Shown here in pieces: positions 38,704 through 48,322 of a stretch of 64,000 bases of DNA. How positions within the stretch are numbered: position 1 is the first letter of the stretch; every line of letters begins with the position of its first letter. The stretch lies in the IMG/VR virus record IMGVR_UViG_3300018080_000009, positions 40,015-104,014 of that record; one strand, written 5' to 3'. The notes beneath the pieces were generated by a model, which saw nothing but the letters and a program-made list of their open reading frames with translations, ran no database searches and was not told the DNA's origin. Origin of the DNA: a virus. The translations under genes and the position numbers were made by a program.

Positions 38704-39819
38704 ATGAAGGTAGCCCTGATAGCAGATGAGTATCGTACTTCTTATAGTAGGTTTGAAGACTATTATTTGAATTATTCTGCTATGGGCTATGTTGAAGGAC
38801 TAAGCAGAGCTCTAGTTGAAGCAGGCCATGAGGTATTGGTCATAGCCCATAAGCCAGAATCTGAGTTTAATAATGGTAGATTTACTGCCTTGGGATTAGG
38901 GATGCAGTCTGATATTGAATTCTCTCAGTCAGTGCATCATATTTTGTGTGAGAAGCCTGTCGATGTTGTTGAGGCTCCGTCTTTCAAGTATCCCCTGTTG
39001 ATTGAGCAGCTTGTTGGAGGGACTCCCACGGTAGTACGTGTTGACATTGGTACAATGGATTTGGTTGAGAAGGGTAGATGGGCTGATGATGTAAAATATG
39101 CTTCAAGGCATAAGTCCTGGTCTAGGCATCTACTTGAATTGAAAACAGTGTCTATGGCTTCTGGAATCATAGCTCCGAAGTCGGTCCATAGAAGCAGGGC
39201 ATCTTTGATTACAGATGCTCCGATTTCTGGGATTTCAAATGGGGTAGATATTCTGATAGACAGGGAAGATCTGTTTGAGAATAGAGAAGGTTTTATTATT
39301 CCAGTGTTAGATGTTTCTAGGGAGATGTCTGCTTTAGTCAAAGGGATCTGTTCAGTACTCCAGGGTGAGAAAGTTACTTTGGTAGGGCATCCGAATATCG
39401 GCAGTTTGTTTGATGGGGCTTTTTTGAATACAGTTACTTTAGAGATGGATATAGGACTTCATTGTTGGACTAAGAGATTGCTTTCTTGTGAAGCTGTAAT
39501 TCTCCCAGGCATGTTGTCGGAGTATACTCCTATGGTTATGGATGCAATGGTTCATGCATGTCCGACTATTTGTTTCAACTGTGGACCAGATACAGCTTCT
39601 TGGCCTTTATATTTCATGGGTGAGCAAAATATTCTCTCGGTCAGGAATCTTCCGAAGATTTTGGATTTTATGCGTAAGGAAAAGAGGGAAGATCAGGTGA
39701 ATAAGTTCTATGAATTTGCTGAGAAGCATTTGTGGAGTAAATTAATCCCTGAGTACGAGGAAATATATCTCGATGCTATGGCTTATTCGGCTAATAGAGG
39801 ACGTACACGAGGATGGTAG
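38704..39819 (+). CDS. glycosyltransferase, GT-B/GT4-like (divergent)
   Basis: MKVALI, L...GHEV.V, ISNGVD, DAMVHACP, W......YEEIY. Confidence 0.75.
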   Translation: MKVALIADEYRTSYSRFEDYYLNYSAMGYVEGLSRALVEAGHEVLVIAHKPESEFNNGRFTALGLGMQSDIEFSQSVHHILCEKPVDVVEAPSFKYPLLIEQLVGGTPTVVRVDIGTMDLVEKGRWADDVKYASRHKSWSRHLLELKTVSMASGIIAPKSVHRSRASLITDAPISGISNGVDILIDREDLFENREGFIIPVLDVSREMSALVKGICSVLQGEKVTLVGHPNIGSLFDGAFLNTVTLEMDIGLHCWTKRLLSCEAVILPGMLSEYTPMVMDAMVHACPTICFNCGPDTASWPLYFMGEQNILSVRNLPKILDFMRKEKREDQVNKFYEFAEKHLWSKLIPEYEEIYLDAMAYSANRGRTRGW

Positions 39820-41459
39820 ACAAAGGCACAGGGCAGGAAAACATTGTCGTCGATGACGATGAAGAGTTTCCATATTGTGGTAGGGAAGGTGATATAGAAG
39901 AGCCACCTGAAGATGAGGAGGATCTTCCTGAGACATTAGAATTGTCTCCAGTTCCAGAGAATACGTCTGAAGATTCTTTAGACTCTCGTATAGAAGTAGT
40001 GAAGAATCCGGCTTTAGAATCATTCTTGAAACGATGTGATAGAGATTTACCTCCAGATAGAAGGTGCTATGGAATAAAGCTTTGTTTTGCTGGTTGTGAA
40101 TCAAAAGCTGTAAGGGATGGATTGTATCGAATAGGAGTACGTCAGATTCTGGTTTCGTATTTTTATTTTAGGAAGTATCTCAAGAGGACGTCCCTTCAGG
40201 AGCTTGCCGAAGACCTAGGTAGATTTGATTTTGTGTTTCTTGATTCTGGTGGATTTACTCTGATGCAGGCTTTGCAGAAGAATAAGGCTACAGAGAATTT
40301 GAAGGATTATGCAGAGGAATACTACCGTGAATTGCCTAAGATACATCATTTGTTCTCGATATGTGCTGAAGTTGACGTAGAAGAATTAGGCATAGCCTAT
40401 ATGGAGGAGAAGAAGCGTCAGATGCTAGATGCAGGAGTAAATATAGCTCCAGTCATCCAGCAAAAGCCAATATCTCAGTATGAGAGCTATGGTTGGTTTG
40501 ATTTGTTTCCCTACATAGCTTTGGGTTCTATTACAGCCAGTGATCCTAAATATGTTTCGTACATTAATCAGCTGTATGAAATCGGTAAGGAAAAGGGAAT
40601 TGTCTATCATGGTTTTGGTGTGACCAGAGCTAACACGATTCTTCGTTCTCGATACTATTCAGTCGATTCTACGTCGTGGACTTCTGGAGCTCGATTTGGC
40701 GTGACTATGATTTTTCAGAATGGTCGTATACGTCACTATGACAAAAAGAAAAAAGATGTTCGTAAGAGGTATAAGAGAAGGTTTGAAGAGGCTGGATTGA
40801 TCTGGAGTGATTTGGAGCAGGATAAGAACTTCGAGATCAATATGATGAATGCTTTGGCTTGGAAACAATGGGCAGACTATATCAAGTATTCCGCACATAA
40901 ATGTTACTGGTTGACACCGAAGGAGTGGGATGAAGCTCTGACCATGAAATCCAAGGCTTTTAATGCCGAAGGTCTGATGGATAGAAGTGCATCTATTCAG
41001 AGGACTATGAGTAGGAGATTAGCTCAGGTAGATGATGCGAGGAAGGATGATAGGACTCAAGAACCCCTGCTATGTAACAATTGCAATATGTCTGGTAGGT
41101 GTCCCAGATATAAGCCAGAACAACCGTGTGGATATGACATCAATATTCGATTAGAGACTCAAGCTGATCTGAAGAGAGCTATTCAGATAGTGTTGGAGTC
41201 TCAATTAGGTAGAGTGAATACAGGGATTTTATTTGAAAAGCTGGAGGGAGGTACTTTTGATATGAATCTTTCTCTAGAGGTCCAGAGATTTATGAACATG
41301 GTTGCCCAGGCAAAGAGTATTTTTGAAATACGTGACGATGAGATAGAAATAAAGGCTAAGGGTGGTGGAGCTGTATCCAAGATGATGGAAGCTTTGTTTA
41401 AAGATTCAGATTCCAAAAAAGAAAAGGGTCCGGTAATTAATATTACGAAAGAAGATTAG
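39813..41459 (+). CDS. dpdA: DpdA/TGT-like 7-deazaguanine DNA transglycosylase with C-terminal Cys domain
   Basis: FLDSGGFT, YHGFG, SVDSTSW TGT-barrel motifs; queD/queE/folE context. Confidence 0.72.
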   Translation: MVDKGTGQENIVVDDDEEFPYCGREGDIEEPPEDEEDLPETLELSPVPENTSEDSLDSRIEVVKNPALESFLKRCDRDLPPDRRCYGIKLCFAGCESKAVRDGLYRIGVRQILVSYFYFRKYLKRTSLQELAEDLGRFDFVFLDSGGFTLMQALQKNKATENLKDYAEEYYRELPKIHHLFSICAEVDVEELGIAYMEEKKRQMLDAGVNIAPVIQQKPISQYESYGWFDLFPYIALGSITASDPKYVSYINQLYEIGKEKGIVYHGFGVTRANTILRSRYYSVDSTSWTSGARFGVTMIFQNGRIRHYDKKKKDVRKRYKRRFEEAGLIWSDLEQDKNFEINMMNALAWKQWADYIKYSAHKCYWLTPKEWDEALTMKSKAFNAEGLMDRSASIQRTMSRRLAQVDDARKDDRTQEPLLCNNCNMSGRCPRYKPEQPCGYDINIRLETQADLKRAIQIVLESQLGRVNTGILFEKLEGGTFDMNLSLEVQRFMNMVAQAKSIFEIRDDEIEIKAKGGGAVSKMMEALFKDSDSKKEKGPVINITKED

Positions 41460-41471
41460 CTGTTTAAATGT

Positions 41472-41499
41472 TTGACAAAACCCCTAAGTATACTACAAT
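41472..41499 (+). promoter_or_regulatory. sigma70-type promoter
   Basis: TTGACA-AAACCCCTAAGTATAC(16)-TACAAT. Confidence 0.72.
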
Positions 41500-41542
41500 G
41501 CAGTGAATCAACAGGAATGAAGCTCTGCATTCAAAAGGAGAT

Positions 41543-41944
41543 ATGTTTATGACAAACGAGAAGAATTTTAGCATCCAAGCATGGCATGATGAGGGTGAGA
41601 AGCACTATGTCAAGCTTGAGACTGAGGTTAATGAATTGAGGGCACAGCTTGAGGCCAAGGAGAAAGAAAAACAAGAACTCGGTATTCTTTTGGGTAAAGA
41701 TCAGCCCAGTAATGTCACTAGGATACAGGTAAAAAGACCTGTCATGAGTGCATACAGATCATTGCATTTGAAGGGAGATGATCATGCCGAGGTTAGGGAT
41801 TTTGTCCAGGCTGTAATGAAGAACAACAGCGATCTGGATGAGAAGAGGATCATGACATGTTTGCGAGATCTATCTCGATCAGGTGAGATTGGTTTAGATG
41901 TGACTAATAATCGTCTGACTGCTCTTAAGAGTCAAAAGAAATAG
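41543..41944 (+). CDS. coiled coil + putative wHTH protein
   Basis: AAGGAG RBS, first gene after promoter. Confidence 0.65.
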   Translation: MFMTNEKNFSIQAWHDEGEKHYVKLETEVNELRAQLEAKEKEKQELGILLGKDQPSNVTRIQVKRPVMSAYRSLHLKGDDHAEVRDFVQAVMKNNSDLDEKRIMTCLRDLSRSGEIGLDVTNNRLTALKSQKK

Positions 41945-42008
41945 GGTACGATAAGCTTAGAATTACAGTGTAGTTGCACATAAGACAAGGAATGGTTATA
42001 CTAGATAT

Positions 42009-42218
42009 GTGGAAAGTGGAATTGAAATGTTTGGATCGAGTACAAAAAGCACTGTTGCAATGCAGAAGCTCTATTCTGAAATTGAGTGGACACTTGTGCA
42101 ATGCTCAGAGTGTAGCTATGAATGGCGAAGTACTGCTGTCGCCATACATGGAGTGCTTTGTCCCGTTTGCAGTTCCCCGGTTGAAGTCAAAGAAGATCTG
42201 GATCTCGAACTCGTCTAG
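42009..42218 (+). CDS. Zn-ribbon hypothetical protein
   Basis: CSEC...CPVC; overlaps alternative ORF 41974-42321. Confidence 0.4.
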   Translation: MESGIEMFGSSTKSTVAMQKLYSEIEWTLVQCSECSYEWRSTAVAIHGVLCPVCSSPVEVKEDLDLELV

Positions 42219-42331
42219 TTCACAGATTCTAGGTACTGATTGGCTGAAGCTTCTGGCTATCTTTGTCCTTATTGGCAATTTTGTTTGGATCATTTTTGCT
42301 CTAATCCGGTCGGTTTTGTAAGGAGAATTCT

Positions 42332-42715
42332 ATGTATTGGTTGAGCTTTTCTTTTGTCGGAATGTTTAAGAATCTTCCGTGGAGAAAGATATTAGAATGG
42401 ACTATAGCTATTGGCATAGTGTTGTCCTTAGTATTTTGGATCAATCGATGCAGGGATTCAGGGGATTTGTCTGGTATTGATGCAGTACTTGAACATACTA
42501 AGAGAGTCGATGAGTCTTTGAAGAAGTCCATGGATAAGATCGATAGGTTGGAGCAAGAATTGAAGACAATCCGTGGAGCATTAGAGATTTTGGCTGAGAG
42601 AGAGCTTGAGAGTATAGAAGCTCGGGAAGGTATCGAAAATGAACTTCGTGACGCCGGTACGATTTCTGATATCGATTGTCTTGTGTATGGGGATTGTGTT
42701 ACCAGCATACGCTGA
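42332..42715 (+). CDS. TM + coiled-coil protein, i-spanin-like
   Basis: Single TM then coiled coil; overlaps next membrane ORF. Confidence 0.5.
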   Translation: MYWLSFSFVGMFKNLPWRKILEWTIAIGIVLSLVFWINRCRDSGDLSGIDAVLEHTKRVDESLKKSMDKIDRLEQELKTIRGALEILAERELESIEAREGIENELRDAGTISDIDCLVYGDCVTSIR

Positions 42716-43127
42716 TGATCCAAGGCCAGAGGAACAGTACGAACCTCCGAGGGGTATTACCAAGAAATTTAGTGGTGAAGAGTATAAATGTTTCAATACG
42801 TCTGAGTGGAGAACTCTTGGGATAATCATCAATGACTACAGATGGTTTTGGGTATGGTCAGGCATTGTCCTAGATAGGGAGAATGAGAGGCTGAAGGAGA
42901 TAAGTATTCTTACTCAGCAAAAAGAAGAATTGAAGATTGCTCTAGATCGAGTGAATGATAATCGTCAGTTGCTGAAAGATTCTGTTGTGGGCCAGCAAAA
43001 GGCATTGTCTAAAATAAATCAAGATTTTAAGAAGCTTCAGAAGAAGGAATGGATTCGTTGGGGGGTGACTGCAGTAGTTGCTGTTTTGTTCGGTGTTTAT
43101 GTGGTAGTAGATAAGTCTAAGGAGTGA
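42639..43127 (+). CDS. signal peptide, coiled coil and C-terminal TM; spanin-like
   Basis: Hydrophobic ends, overlapping gene pair. Confidence 0.5.
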   Translation: MNFVTPVRFLISIVLCMGIVLPAYADDPRPEEQYEPPRGITKKFSGEEYKCFNTSEWRTLGIIINDYRWFWVWSGIVLDRENERLKEISILTQQKEELKIALDRVNDNRQLLKDSVVGQQKALSKINQDFKKLQKKEWIRWGVTAVVAVLFGVYVVVDKSKE

Positions 43128-43130
43128 CTG

Positions 43131-43433
43131 ATGTCTACGTATAGTGATTTAGTAGCCAAGATAAAAGCTGCAGCAGACAGTAGTACTGATGTAGTCAAGG
43201 TAGCCATTGGAAGCACGGGCAACACAGTTACGATAGATGATGTAGAGATGTCTACAGGTAAGGCTTGGCAAGACCCTTCGTTTATTGCTGTTTTACAAGA
43301 AGGTTTGTCGGATTGGTTAGATGATCCGTTGATATCCAAGCTCAATGAATTAATTGGTCAGTACAATCAGCTGAGATCCGATTATAACAGTATGACAGTA
43401 CCTACTTCTGCAAACTCAGTGAGTACGCTTTAG
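43131..43433 (+). CDS. hypothetical protein
   Basis: AAGGAG RBS. Confidence 0.65.
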   Translation: MSTYSDLVAKIKAAADSSTDVVKVAIGSTGNTVTIDDVEMSTGKAWQDPSFIAVLQEGLSDWLDDPLISKLNELIGQYNQLRSDYNSMTVPTSANSVSTL

Positions 43434-43614
43434 TTTGAATTGAATCAGGGATAGTTTCAGCGAGCCTAAATCGACACCTGACGAGGTAATGTTCGTAACG
43501 CTGTGGTATTTAGTGCACTGAATACCAGAGAGAGTAGGTGGGAGCGGTAGAAGGCCGTATAAGTGATACGTCGCATCAGCCTGTAAACTCAAACTATCTC
43601 TGATTGAATTCAAA
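43434..43614 (+). ncRNA. unassigned ~180-nt structured RNA
   Basis: TTTGAATT-G-AATCAGGGATAGTTT pairs with AAACTATCTCTGATT-G-AATTCAAA, enclosing three or more hairpins. Confidence 0.65.
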
Positions 43615-43626
43615 AAGGAGTGTAAA

Positions 43627-44548
43627 ATGATACCGCCGTTAGTGAAGAAAGCTATCGATAGGCATGTTTCTCAAGGAATGGTTTGTGGAAAGTTTGTGAC
43701 CTCTGTTTTGGAAAATAATCTGCTCATGGCATTTATTCATGCAGATGAGAATAGCCTTGATGCTTTGAGAGAAATTGTAGATTATTTGTATTATGAAGTT
43801 CCTGCTCCAGCCTGGGGATGTAAAGAGAATGTCAAGAAGTGGAGGGAGCAAGGAGGATTAGATGGACTCAGTTAATGAGGGAATAATCGATCTGAGGATT
43901 TATAGACAGAATGATGTAGTTGGGGTTTCAGCCGATATTAAAGATGGAGCTACTTTGTTCGATGTTCTGAGTGGACTGGCCTTTGCTGCTGCTGTATTGA
44001 TCGTGAATGCAGAGGAAGATTTGAAGGATTTAGATTCTGTTGTAAAGAATTACTGTGGGATTTTTCAGAGTAATGTCAGAGAACTGAAATCCGAAAAGGA
44101 TAGAATAGGTACCGGTAAACCTAATTAGGAGGAGTTATGGTTGAGAAGATAGGTCCAGAACTAGTGCATTTGGGAAATCCATGTATATATTGCTTGAAGG
44201 AGCATGATGGCAGTAATGAAGAAGCTTGTCCGGTACGTTTGAGGGCTAAAGAAGAAGCTGAGAACAGGATTACGAAGGCCAAGAATTTAGAGAAGGTGAC
44301 TAATGACTAAGGTGAAGAAAATACAGAAGGATGAAGATTCCTGTCTTCCTTTAGAGGGTGGTGGATGGGGAATGCTGACTCCAGCAGTAGGGGGAATTCT
44401 AGTTACACTAGATTTAAGAGGAGTATTCATTTCTGATTCGGATTTAAAGAAGCTTGGGTACATTCGTATGCTAGATGTTGATGTGGAAACAAAGGTTACG
44501 ATTGGCGAGAAAGAGAAAGAAGATGAGTTGGAAGTCGAATCTTCGTAA
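43627..44548 (+). CDS. run of small hypothetical ORFs (43627-43875, 43862-44128, 44303-44548)
   Basis: RBS-led short ORFs. Confidence 0.6.
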
Positions 44549-45206
44549 GAATCTTGAGGCTATGAAGTGGTTGTATTCTAAGGTTGATGAGACCATGGAG
44601 AAAGCTGCTAAGAAGTACAATGCTCCGTGTAAGAGTGGATGCTATGATTGTTGCCATCAATTAGTAACCATGACTCTAGCTGAAGGGGTATGTATCATAG
44701 ATGGAATCTATAGATCTTTACCTCGTGGAGGATCTTTGAAGTCTGTTTTGAATCCTATTTTAAAAGAATCTAGCAATCAGTTTAAGCTCTTGGTTGAAGA
44801 CCCAGGAATGAATGTAGAAAGATGGTTTTCTAAGAAAACAAGATGTGTTCTCCTGGATTCAGAGGGTAGGTGTAGGGTATACGAAAATCGTCCAGTAGCT
44901 TGTAGAAGCCATATGGTTACTGAAGGGTCTGACTGTAGCGTGAATAGCATAGGTGCGATGAATCCGCATGTGAATAATCACGATATGATTCAGGCTTCTT
45001 TAGAGGCTGGAAGACGATTCTCAGATGCGATTAATATTCCTTTGGGGTATGCTCCTTTGCCAGCAGCATTAGTTTGGGCTTCTATCTTGTACTTGGAGAG
45101 TCGTGATGGTTTGATGAGAAAACTGAAGGGTACAGTTTTTGAAGATGATAAAGCTGGAATGTCATTTTGGGTTTTGAAGCTGAAAACCATGCAAGAAATT
45201 CAATAG
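44523..45206 (+). CDS. YkgJ-family cysteine-cluster protein
   Basis: CKSGCYDCC...CVLL....CRVYENRPVACR. Confidence 0.88.
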   Translation: MSWKSNLRKNLEAMKWLYSKVDETMEKAAKKYNAPCKSGCYDCCHQLVTMTLAEGVCIIDGIYRSLPRGGSLKSVLNPILKESSNQFKLLVEDPGMNVERWFSKKTRCVLLDSEGRCRVYENRPVACRSHMVTEGSDCSVNSIGAMNPHVNNHDMIQASLEAGRRFSDAINIPLGYAPLPAALVWASILYLESRDGLMRKLKGTVFEDDKAGMSFWVLKLKTMQEIQ

Positions 45207-45237
45207 ACGTGGTAAAGTAACTCAAAGGAGGTAGAGC

Positions 45238-45648
45238 ATGAGATTTCAAATGAGTGCAAAATTTGAGCAAGGAGTTGCTGATGTAGATCCAGTAACTGCT
45301 CCTCAAAATATACTTGTAGAGCATTTCTGTGATCCGGGTGTAAAGGCACCGGATGATCCAGAGGCTTTGTATCTAGCTTTAATGGGTACTGGTGCAGAGA
45401 CAGTTACTCTCGATTTGTACCTTTTGATTGAGAGCAAAAATGTAGATGCTAAGGCTGCGGATTACAAAGAGGCAGGAACGAGATGGTTCCAATTTGCAAC
45501 AGGTCTAGTAGTAACCAATGGTACATTGGCTTCAGTAACGGCTAATTTGCCTGCTGGTGGAATAATTTATGCTCGTAGAACAGCGGATGCAATTACTGTG
45601 GGTCAAACTAGATCACTGTTAATGAGCTGGAATCCTGCTGTCCAATAA
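45238..45648 (+). CDS. hypothetical beta-rich protein, possibly virion-associated
   Basis: GGAGG RBS, A/T/G-rich composition. Confidence 0.55.
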   Translation: MRFQMSAKFEQGVADVDPVTAPQNILVEHFCDPGVKAPDDPEALYLALMGTGAETVTLDLYLLIESKNVDAKAADYKEAGTRWFQFATGLVVTNGTLASVTANLPAGGIIYARRTADAITVGQTRSLLMSWNPAVQ

Positions 45649-45673
45649 ATTCAGAAATGTACAAATTCACTGC

Positions 45674-45701
45674 TTGACAAAACTCTGAAGTATATTACCT
45701 T
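45674..45701 (+). promoter_or_regulatory. sigma70-type promoter
   Basis: CACTGC-TTGACA-AAACTCTGAAGTATAT(16)-TACCTT. Confidence 0.72.
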
Positions 45702-45757
45702 TATATGTAGACATAGAACAAAGGGTCGTTAGACCCCGTAAGACACAGGAGTAAGAC

Positions 45758-46408
45758 ATGGCAACCACAAAGAAGAAAACCGTCAAGAAAACCACAGCAA
45801 AGAAATCAGTCAAAAAGACTGTAGCCAAGAAACCAACTGACAAGAAAGTGTCTTCCGAGAAGACAACAGCCAAGAAGGCTGATCCTAAGAAACCCGTCAA
45901 AGAAAAGGTGGCTCCGGTGAAGATCGATATTTTTGCCAAGCACCATTTATTTTCGGTAAAGCTGCCGAAGGGTACAGAGGTTACCAGAAGAAGCAGAAGG
46001 CCGGTAGTAGCCGTTGTTGCTTTGGTTCATGCTGACGGCCATCAAGGAGTTGTTCAGTGGACCAGCAACCTGTCCAGAGCCCGTTTTGTGGCTAAGGAAC
46101 ATGAGGATCGATCCAAGGATGGCGGAAAAGGTTACGCCAAGGCTTTTGGCAAGAAACCCCCGAAATGGTTTCAAGAGCATGGTGCACCGGTTGAGGTGAA
46201 GATCCTGACTGAGGTTAAGGATCTCGGTGAAGCTCCAGAGGAAGTTAAGGAGAAAGCTCCGAGAGCAAAGAAAAATAAGAAATCAGTTCCAGTCGATGAC
46301 ATCTTCAAGACCAAAATTCAAGCCGAGAAAGCAGCAAAGGCTCTGAAGCTGAATCCGGAAAAAGTCATTTCCAAAGTAGACGAGGGTTGGAAGGTATCTT
46401 TGCCCTAG
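45758..46408 (+). CDS. Lys-rich histone-H1-like protein
   Basis: KKTVKKTTAKKSVKKTVAKK repeats at the N-terminus. Confidence 0.7.
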   Translation: MATTKKKTVKKTTAKKSVKKTVAKKPTDKKVSSEKTTAKKADPKKPVKEKVAPVKIDIFAKHHLFSVKLPKGTEVTRRSRRPVVAVVALVHADGHQGVVQWTSNLSRARFVAKEHEDRSKDGGKGYAKAFGKKPPKWFQEHGAPVEVKILTEVKDLGEAPEEVKEKAPRAKKNKKSVPVDDIFKTKIQAEKAAKALKLNPEKVISKVDEGWKVSLP

Positions 46409-46436
46409 GTTTATCCGTCTATATAGGAGTTAGAAC

Positions 46437-47163
46437 ATGAAAACATGGGTGTATACTAAGCCTACATACGGAAAAGACAAACCTGGTTACGTGTATTTTT
46501 CTGAAGATCTTAGACCTAAGCTTATTTGGGTTGGTGATGTTCCTCATTTGCTTAGAGCAGGAGATATGATTCAAGTTGTAGAAGGGTTTTGCGTAGAGAC
46601 TGTTGATTATGTTTATTATGATTTGAATGAGGACAGTCAAGAAGTCCATTTAGTAACGATGGATTCTGGCAATGAATATGAAGAGTGTGAGGAAGCAGAC
46701 TAAGGTATGATTTGTGAATTCTGTAAGAGGGATCAGATGAAGGATCTTACCCAGGGATTGGGTGAGACAAGGAATCTCTATTGTTCTAGATGCAGAGCTC
46801 ATTTTTATCTAGGTAGGTGGTATTCCAAAAAAGAATGGGATGAGTATGTGGAGGATATAGATGTGGATTGAGAAAGATAGAGAAGCTGCTGAAAAGAGGA
46901 TAGCTGAGCTCATCGAAGAAAGAGATGAGTATGACAAGCGTCGTAGAGAAACGATGGAAATATCTGAGAGATGGAGGACTGCATATCATAGTCTTGCAGA
47001 GTTAGAGGGGAAGCCGATAATATCTCCAGATGTTGATGTAGTAGTTAAGAATTCTTTGTCTTCAGGAGATCTCTATTTAGTTCGAGCCCATACTTATGAG
47101 ATGGATAGTGCATTGAATGAGCTGACAATACGATTCAAAGTTTTGGATATAGGGAAGTATTGA
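46437..47163 (+). CDS. small hypothetical ORFs (46437-46703, 46861-47163)
   Basis: RBS-led ORFs. Confidence 0.6.
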
Positions 47164-47512
47164 TGATCCCTCTTACAGGAAAATTGCCTCCAGATGGGAA
47201 CTAGTTGAGACAAGGGCAGACGGGTCTTCTTGGATAAATCGCAAGAAGAAGCTTTATGTCATTGGTTCAATTGCAGTTGAGCAAGATGGAAAGAGATGGT
47301 TGCACTTGTCGATGTCTCATCAGAAGAGAATTACGAATTATGAAGAGCTTACGTATCTAAAGAGACATTGGGCAGGAGATGACAGAAAATGTATAATGGT
47401 ACTTCCAGCTAAGAAAGAGCATGTGAATATCCATCCAAATGTACTGCATTTGTTCTGTTGTCTAGATGAAGACCCATTACCAGATTTTACTCGTGGATTG
47501 GGTATGATCTGA
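47163..47512 (+). pseudogene. conserved phage protein with apparent 1-nt frameshift near 47193
   Basis: MIPLTGKLPPD then frame change to WELVETRADG...WLHLSMSH...HVNIHPNVLHLF. Confidence 0.6.
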
Positions 47513-47540
47513 AAATAGCAGAAAGACAAAGGAGAAAGAC

Positions 47541-48188
47541 ATGAAAGTAAGACTTACATTGGTAGAAGAAATGCTGGGAACCTCGTGTTCGAATCCCGAG
47601 GTGCATGAGGAATTCATTGCCAGCAAGAGTGCAGACAAGGTGAAAATCAAAGAGGAGCTTGAAGCTCTTCCAGCCGAAGTGTTGATAGAGAAATCCTTGA
47701 CGATTTTTCCACGAGATGAAAATGGAAATCCATTCCTCTATGATTATCAGATCAGGGGATTCTTGAAGAATTTCCTAGGAACGAAGGTTGAGTTTGGACC
47801 ATTGGTGCTGAAGGTAGGTAAGAAGGATTATAAGTTTTCGAAATGGACCTACAAACGTCTTGTTGATAACTATGTCTTTGTCAAGCCGCGGAGGATCAAG
47901 TTGAACATGCCAGAAGGAAGTGAAGTTAGTTTCTGTACACGTCCACTAAGAGCTGAGACAATGAAGGGTGAGAGGGTGGCTTTAGCTACATCAGAAGCTG
48001 TCCCAGCAGGAACGACATTTGAATTCGAGATAAGGTGTCTTCAGCCAGAACTGTATGATTTGATGCCAGAAGCTCTAGACTACGGTGAATTCAATGGATT
48101 GCTTCAATGGAGGAATTCGGGAAAAGGTACCTTCACTTGGGAGGATCTAGATGAGCAAAAAGTCGAGGAAAGCAAGAAATCGGCGTAA
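47541..48188 (+). CDS. stand-alone Cas7/RAMP-fold (Csm3-like) protein
   Basis: MKVRLTLVEEMLGT, PFLYDYQIRGFLK (cf. P.IPGSSLKG.LR), EAVPAGTTFEFEI, G-rich loop GLLQWRNSGKGTF; no adjacent cas genes. Confidence 0.8.
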   Translation: MKVRLTLVEEMLGTSCSNPEVHEEFIASKSADKVKIKEELEALPAEVLIEKSLTIFPRDENGNPFLYDYQIRGFLKNFLGTKVEFGPLVLKVGKKDYKFSKWTYKRLVDNYVFVKPRRIKLNMPEGSEVSFCTRPLRAETMKGERVALATSEAVPAGTTFEFEIRCLQPELYDLMPEALDYGEFNGLLQWRNSGKGTFTWEDLDEQKVEESKKSA

Positions 48189-48321
48189 AAGAAGACAAGA
48201 AAAGGATTTTCTCAAGAATGGTTCCAAACCCAGACACAAATCGAAAAGTGGACGTACTGGAAAGATTCAAAGTACTAAGAACAAGTCCCTGAATGATAGA
48301 GCACAACGAAAAAAGAAGTAA
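48151..48321 (+). CDS. 56-aa Arg/Lys-rich peptide (not in ORF track)
   Basis: GGAGG RBS; MSKKSRKARNRRKRRQEK...RAQRKKK. Confidence 0.55.
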   Translation: MSKKSRKARNRRKRRQEKDFLKNGSKPRHKSKSGRTGKIQSTKNKSLNDRAQRKKK

Positions 48322-48322
48322 A

